Source: Nemertoderma westbladi
Taxonomy: Eukaryota > Animalia > Xenacoelomorpha
DNA: 63,898 nt
Assembly: GCA_032718475.1 (NCBI GenBank)
Contig: JAUCBJ010000753.1
Coordinates: forward strand, 1 to 63,898
Reading direction: 5' to 3'
The translations under genes and the position numbers were made by a program. Every line of letters starts with the position of its first letter. Position 1 is the stretch's first letter. The notes under the pieces were generated by a model that made no database searches, had not been told where the DNA came from, and saw nothing but the letters and a program-made list of their open reading frames with translations. Of this stretch, positions 58,103 to 63,898 are shown one piece after another.

Positions 58103-60070
58103 ATGCCTAATATTAGTAAGTCACATAATGATAATAGGCAAGTTGTTTGCTTACTGTGTATGAAGAAGGCTAAGGAAATGCGTATAATGACTGAAAAGCT
58201 GTATGTACTGATTGAAAAACACTGTATGGTAGGTTATGACAGAGAAGATGGCAGGTTGCCTAATGCTATATGTGCTAATTGTCGTTTTACCTTACTCGAT
58301 TATGAAAAAGGAGTTTTCAAACGTCGTATTGAACTGTATGACCATTCATTATTGAGTAAACCTCCATTAACTATACGAAGCCGGAGAAGTTTTCTTAGTT
58401 CTCCTGAAAGTGGGTGTGAGTGTAATATTTGCGTAATAGCAAGCACAACCACCAATCCTTCTGTATTATTTGGTGCGAAGAAAAAGTCCTGAGGTAGACC
58501 TCAGCTAGAAATCAACCCAGGGTTGGAGATAGTTCACCCTCCTACTGTCATCAAGATATGTGGGAACTGCTTTAGTCAAATTGGAAAAGGCACATCACAT
58601 GACTGTACAAGACGTGAGCGTTTTTATAATACTAAAAATTTGGTTACTTTATCTTCACCAACTGCTCTGGAAAAACTCTCAGCTTCAGTCATTAAAAATA
58701 AGTTTGCTGTCACTGATTCAGCTGAAGTGGAACTTCCTACACCATCTGGACATAAGATACAAGTTCTAAAATCTACAAATACAAATGATAATGCAAACGA
58801 TTCTGCACTAATTACAGCTAATGACATCTCAAAAATTCAACAAGATCTTAATTGGAGCACAAGGAAAACCCATCAACTTGCGCTGAATATTCGCAACAGC
58901 TGTTGGGTCTCGTAATACAATTGAAGTTGGCTTGATGCGCAAATTACACTATGTAGATCATCAATTGGATAACTTCTTTGCAGCTAGTCAAGAGCGATTT
59001 GTCAAAACACTAAAGAATGAAGTTGTTGATCGTCCAACTCGGTGGATGGTAGTATGCAAGAACACATCGGGATTTATAAAACATATTATTGAGAAACGCA
59101 ATATTGATATTTCAGATGACAACACTGTCATTAAAATAGGTATTGATGGTGGAGGCGGATTTTTTTAAATCTGCTTATCCATTCTATCAATAAATGATGT
59201 CCCTGCCGTTAAGAAACCTAGATTAAACTATGATAATGGAATGGTTTCAAAGTCCAACCGGGATTCATCAGTAAAGAAACTTTTCTTATTGGGAATTGTT
59301 CCTGATATCCAAGAAAATTATGAAAACCTTTTATTCATATGGCAAGATAAACTTAACAGTAAATACACCTTTGCAACTGATTTAAAATTGATTAACATTC
59401 TTCTTGGAATTATGTCCCACAGTAGTAGTCACCCTTGTAGTTGGTGCAATGTGCACAAAGATAATTTGGCCAATAAAGGAAAAGTTAGAACACTGAAATC
59501 CCTCACCGATTCTTTCTGGGATTATTATGATTCTGGACGGAACAGAAATGACTCCAAGGCGTTTTTTTTACAATGCCATCCACCCTCCCATCATCCATGG
59601 TAGAGATCTATCAACCCCGATTCTTCATTTGTTTCCACCCCCAGAACTTCATCTTCTCACAGGACCGTTCAATACCATGTATGACGGCCTTCAGCAGGTT
59701 TGGCCTGAGAGCGAAGAATGGCTAAAAGTCTGCTATGTTCAACGTGAAGCAATGCATTGGGGTTGTTTTACAGGGAACAGTTGCCGGCGACTTCTACAGA
59801 AGATAGGGAAGCTGGACGAGTTGGGGCCACCATCTTGCAAACCATATGTCGCTGCTTTCCAGAGCTTTAACTCGGTTGTTACGTCTTGCTACAGCACACA
59901 TTTGGATCCACAATTCGAAGACTGCATTGAGGATTTTAAATTGAAATATATGGCTCTTGGTATTTCGGTTACACCTAAAGTACATGCCGTATTCCATCAT
60001 ATTTCTGAATTCTGTGTCTTTGTTGAACATGGTCTTGGTTCTTGGAGTGAACAGTCATCCGAGTCGGTCG
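58103..60070 (+). pseudogene. Chapaev transposase (Chapa Zn finger plus catalytic core), fragmented and C-terminally truncated
   Basis: H......VCLLC..LPNAICANC, KIGIDGGGGF, QENYENL, TDLKLINILLG..HPCSWC, PPELHLLTG, TPKVHAVFHH, SEQSSES. Confidence 0.85.
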
Positions 60071-60482
60071 GTATAATTCGCGTCATTTATAGGTCTTATA
60101 TGTGTTTTAAAAAATATGTTTTACAATTATCTGAATAAAATATGTAAAATACCGAACAAAATATTTTAAATTTAATTTTTTAAATTCTATTGATATAAAT
60201 TGTACTTTAAAATCATAATTTTTCATTGATATTTTTCAAAATTTTTAAAAACTTGAATATCTTTATAAAATTGGAAGACCCCGACCAAATACGTTTGATT
60301 TATATTTTTTAACTTATATTGATATAATCCGTGTTTTAAAATCATAACCTACCTTGGGTATTTTTAAAAAATGATTGGCACAGCCAGTATTTTTCAAAAT
60401 TTTGAAAAAATTTCAAAATCTCTGTAAAATTTCAAGACCTCGACCAAATATTATAAATTTGCATTTTTTTAACTTCTATTAA

Positions 60483-62025
60483 CCCTATTAGTACCGGGCT
60501 ATAAAATGTTGTACAAATACCGGGGGGGGGGGGTCATATTGACCCCCCCCCCCCCCCCACCCCCCCCCTCTAAAATCTACAAATATTTACGAAAACGTCT
60601 GATTTTTTGTTTGTACATAGGTATCACTTGTCTGGATCCGACCGAAAAAAAAAAATTTCGAAAAATTGTACTGGGGTGGTTATATTGCAGCACCAAAATT
60701 ACAAGTAGTGCACAATTTTCACAAAATCTGAAAGTTACATTTTCGGCTAATTATTTTTCAATACAGGTTTTCTGGGGTGCAAAATACATTGGAAAATATT
60801 TAAAAATGATATGATTACTATAAATGGCTGTTTAGTCCTCTCTGCGTAGGAAAAAAATGAAAAAAACAAGTAACCAGCACTTTTCAGTTAGAACACAAAA
60901 TTTTTAATTCACTTATACAATGCTATAAATTCACATTAACACTAATGGAATACATTTATAATATGCCAGATCATTGCTACTTGTATTTTTCGGCGTAATT
61001 TGGCAAATTTTGGTGCTAGCACCAAATTTCGTAGCCATCACCAAAAAGTACAAGTTTGCGATGTCCAGTGCTGTTGTTATTCATTCCATCGGATTCAGGA
61101 CCCTCATAAACCCGTATAACGCAAGAAACAAGGTGATACAATCTACTTATCAATTTGCATATTTTCCAAAATTTGGTGCTGGCACAACAATTTTCACCCA
61201 CCGGCGAAAAATACAAGTTTGAGAACTCTTATGAAATTTTTACTGATTCCATTGAATTCAGAACCATCACAAACCCGTATAACGCAAGAAACAAGGTGAC
61301 ACAATCAATTGATATATTTGATGGTTTTCAAAATTTGGTGCTAGCACCACATTTTGCACCCACATCCGAAAAATACAAGTTTGAGATGTCTAGTTCGATA
61401 ATAATATTTTCCATTGAATTCAGAACAGCCATAAACCTCTAAAACGCAAGAAATAAATTGTCACAAGATTCACAAGTTTTCAAAATTTCGTGCTAGCACC
61501 AAAATTTGCACACAGCACCGAAACATACAAGTTTGATACGCTTGGTGCAACTCGATATATTTCATCGAATCCAGAACCTCAAAAAACCCCAATTGCGTAA
61601 AAAACAAGTTTCAAACAATCAATTTACAAAATTGACTTATTTCAAAATTTGGTGCTGGCACCAAAATTTGGCACCCATCGAAAAAAACAAGTTTGAAATT
61701 TCTAAATCAATTTATATGAATTCCATCCAATTTCTAACACCAAAAAACCGGTGTAAATCAGAAATAGAGATGTTACAATTCATATTTAATGAAATGTAAT
61801 TTTCAAAAAACGTCTCAAAAAAAGTGCTAAAGGTAGGGTTAAAAAATGGTGCTATAACTCGAAAAGTACCCAATATTTTTGAAAACGGTTTTCACTACCA
61901 TGAAGACAATAGATTTTTAGGAAAAGTCATAAAATTTCAGATTCTCAACTGCGTTTGTTTCAGAATTATAATAAAAAAACCACGGGGGGGGTCATATTGA
62001 CCCCCCCCCCCCGGGTTTAATAGGG
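60483..62025. mobile_element. piggyBac-like non-autonomous element inserted in the Chapaev right TIR; internal ~110-120-bp tandem repeats (~61000-61720)
   Basis: TTAA at 60479-82 and 62026-29; termini CCCTATTA...TAATAGGG; subterminal GGGGTCATATTGACCCC dyads. Confidence 0.82.
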
Positions 62026-62985
62026 TTAACATCACCTGTGTTTTAAAATCATAACCTACCTTGGGTATTTTTAAAAATGTTTGGCATAGCCAGTATTTTT
62101 CAAAATTTTGAAAAAAATGTGAAAATTGCAATAAAATTTGAAGACCCCGACCAAATATTTTAAATTTAATTTTTTTTCACTTCTATTGATATAAGCAATA
62201 CTCTAAAACAAAAATTGGCCATGGGTATTTTTCAAAGTCATTGAGCTACTTCAGGCACGGGGTGAGAAATCCATTACATAAGCCATCATTCATCATGACA
62301 CCAGCTGTTATTGGTGTTATTTTCCATTGCGTCTATGGCGTTTTTTCATTTACATCTATTTTTTGAGCACATGGCTCATGGACGAAATAGAGGAACATAC
62401 CAGGGACCTTAGAATCGTGGTATCTAGCCACTGTGAAAATTACATCAAAATTGTTAGTTAGAGTAGTATTGGCTGTAGATCAGCCAGCCAGCCAGCCATT
62501 CAGTCAATCAGCGAACAATTCTTACAGAAAGTAACCTGTTGGTTCCTAACTAGTGACGGGCCTAGCAGCCCGATAAGGAAACATACTTTTTATTTCAAAT
62601 AAAAAGACAACAAGAAATAGTATAGATCTAATTATGTAAAAATACAATCATATTTTATACAATAATTACTAAGAAATTTGATCTATTATTATTATTGTTA
62701 TTAATATTCATAACAACATGCGCACAAAGTGCTATAGTTGAAAATTGCCCGGTTCAGATTGTGCACAGAATACTTAACATAATAATGAACATACAGTAGG
62801 TTATAATGTATGCATAGGTACCGAAAAAAGAAACCATGAAAACCCAATCAATTTCAATTTATAACTAATATTATTATACAATACCAGACTTTTATAATAA
62901 CACATAATATCTACTAGGATTACATTAATAATTATGGAATTAATAAATGAAAACTGCGGTAGTAGCTCTAATTTATATTATACTT

Positions 62986-63290
62986 TCAAGGTAGGAATTC
63001 AGACCGACGTTTAAACGCCTTAAAAACATATATGCTGAATTGCTTTGTTTTGTTCTGAGTTGGTAAAGCTAATAACTCAAATAATTTACCAATTGTAGGT
63101 AATCTTGTGTATTTAGCGGGAAGAAATTTCTCCCCCAGGGATTTATAAAGCGGACACTTCAACATGAAATGGTATTCGTCCTCAACCTCCCCCAGATCGC
63201 AAAGTTGGCACAATCCCTCGCCACGCGGAATATTGTGCCAACGACCAAGCTCGACCTGCAGATAATTAGTTGCTTAATTATAGAACAAAA
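62986..63290 (-). mobile_element. L2/Crack-like LINE ORF2 3' fragment
   Basis: LQVELGRWHNIPR..LCQLCDLGEVEDEYHFMLKCPLY. Confidence 0.75.
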
Positions 63291-63898
63291 TCAACCTGCA
63301 AATTGTGAAGACCTCGTTTTGGAATTTCGAAACCATGCTGGTCCGATGCTCAAAGTCGAGTTTAGTTAATAAATTGAAAACGATATCAATTTATATGCAC
63401 CCAGTAATAAGAAATCCTTATGAATTTAATCAAATATAAATTATTCTAGAAAAATTTCCTCAAAAAGTATGAAGTCTTGTCAAGAAGTCAAGTCAAGAAA
63501 TTATCCAGACTTCAATGTCATGCCAATAAACAGACTTGGTGTAATATTTCTGACATGGGAAAGGAAAAGCCAAATTTTTTAAAGTCATAAAGATTTTGAT
63601 AAAAATATTTATAGAACTTGAACATTGAATAGTTTGGCCATACCATGGAACAAAGTTTTACATCTGTAGGGTAATTCCAATATTTTACTGATTCTGAAGC
63701 TGCCCCTGTTGTGTCTGGTGCATTGGAGAGTGGAGTTGTAACAATGGGGACATGTGTGGAAGGGGTGTGGATTGGTGAGGTAGTAGTGGAGACTGGTGTT
63801 GTAGTAAAGGTGGAGGTGGCTTTGGGAAAGCGTTATCTTTTGAAGTAGGGGCTTATGCAATCCAACTTCTACTTATTCGATCACATTGAAAATGTTGC

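Larger units (their letters stand above)
57268..62264 (+). mobile_element. Chapaev (CMC group) DNA transposon with long TIRs and a 4-bp TSD
   Basis: Termini CACCCCATGCCTGAAGTAGCTC...GAGCTACTTCAGGCACGGGGTG; TSD AGAA at 57264-67 and 62265-68; subterminal repeats. Confidence 0.88.

Noticed and set aside
61000-61720. CRISPR-like or coding repeats (ORFs 60974, 61016, 61155, 61506)
   Set aside because: Degenerate internal tandem repeats of a TTAA-flanked non-autonomous transposon; the ORFs are incidental
63520-63898. Thr/Pro-rich minus-strand frame, possibly a host exon
   Set aside because: Upstream in-frame stops, no clear splice sites or family motif, and truncated by the window edge

Overview
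AT-rich eukaryotic (probably invertebrate animal) DNA made almost entirely of nested, mostly decayed mobile elements; no intact host gene is convincingly present. Three things stand out. (1) A near-full-length, pseudogenised PB2 polymerase-subunit gene of an influenza/orthomyxo-like virus (Articulavirales) at ~32.5-34.8 kb, i.e. an endogenous viral element, recognised by eye from several collinear motifs. (2) A ~7.9-kb, GC-richer Helitron-like gene (OTU protease - repeats - Zn fingers - HUH Rep - Pif1-like helicase - C-terminal GIY-YIG nuclease) at 23.5-31.4 kb, broken by only four frameshifts. (3) Both lie in the centre of three nested, collinear inverted-repeat arm pairs (6.6-8.8/52.5-54.7, 10.0-13.2/39.7-42.9, 16.6-18.5/35.6-38.3 kb) forming a ~48-kb interrupted palindrome. 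Also present: a second divergent Helitron-like gene with putative chromatin-reader modules, a classical Helitron remnant, RTE, CR1 and L2-like LINEs, an internally deleted BEL/Pao-like LTR element, a Chapaev transposon with TIRs and TSD carrying a nested piggyBac-like element, and Sola-, hAT-, MULE-, Harbinger- and pogo-like remnants. All family calls come from manual motif recognition; no searches were run, and many boundaries are approximate.
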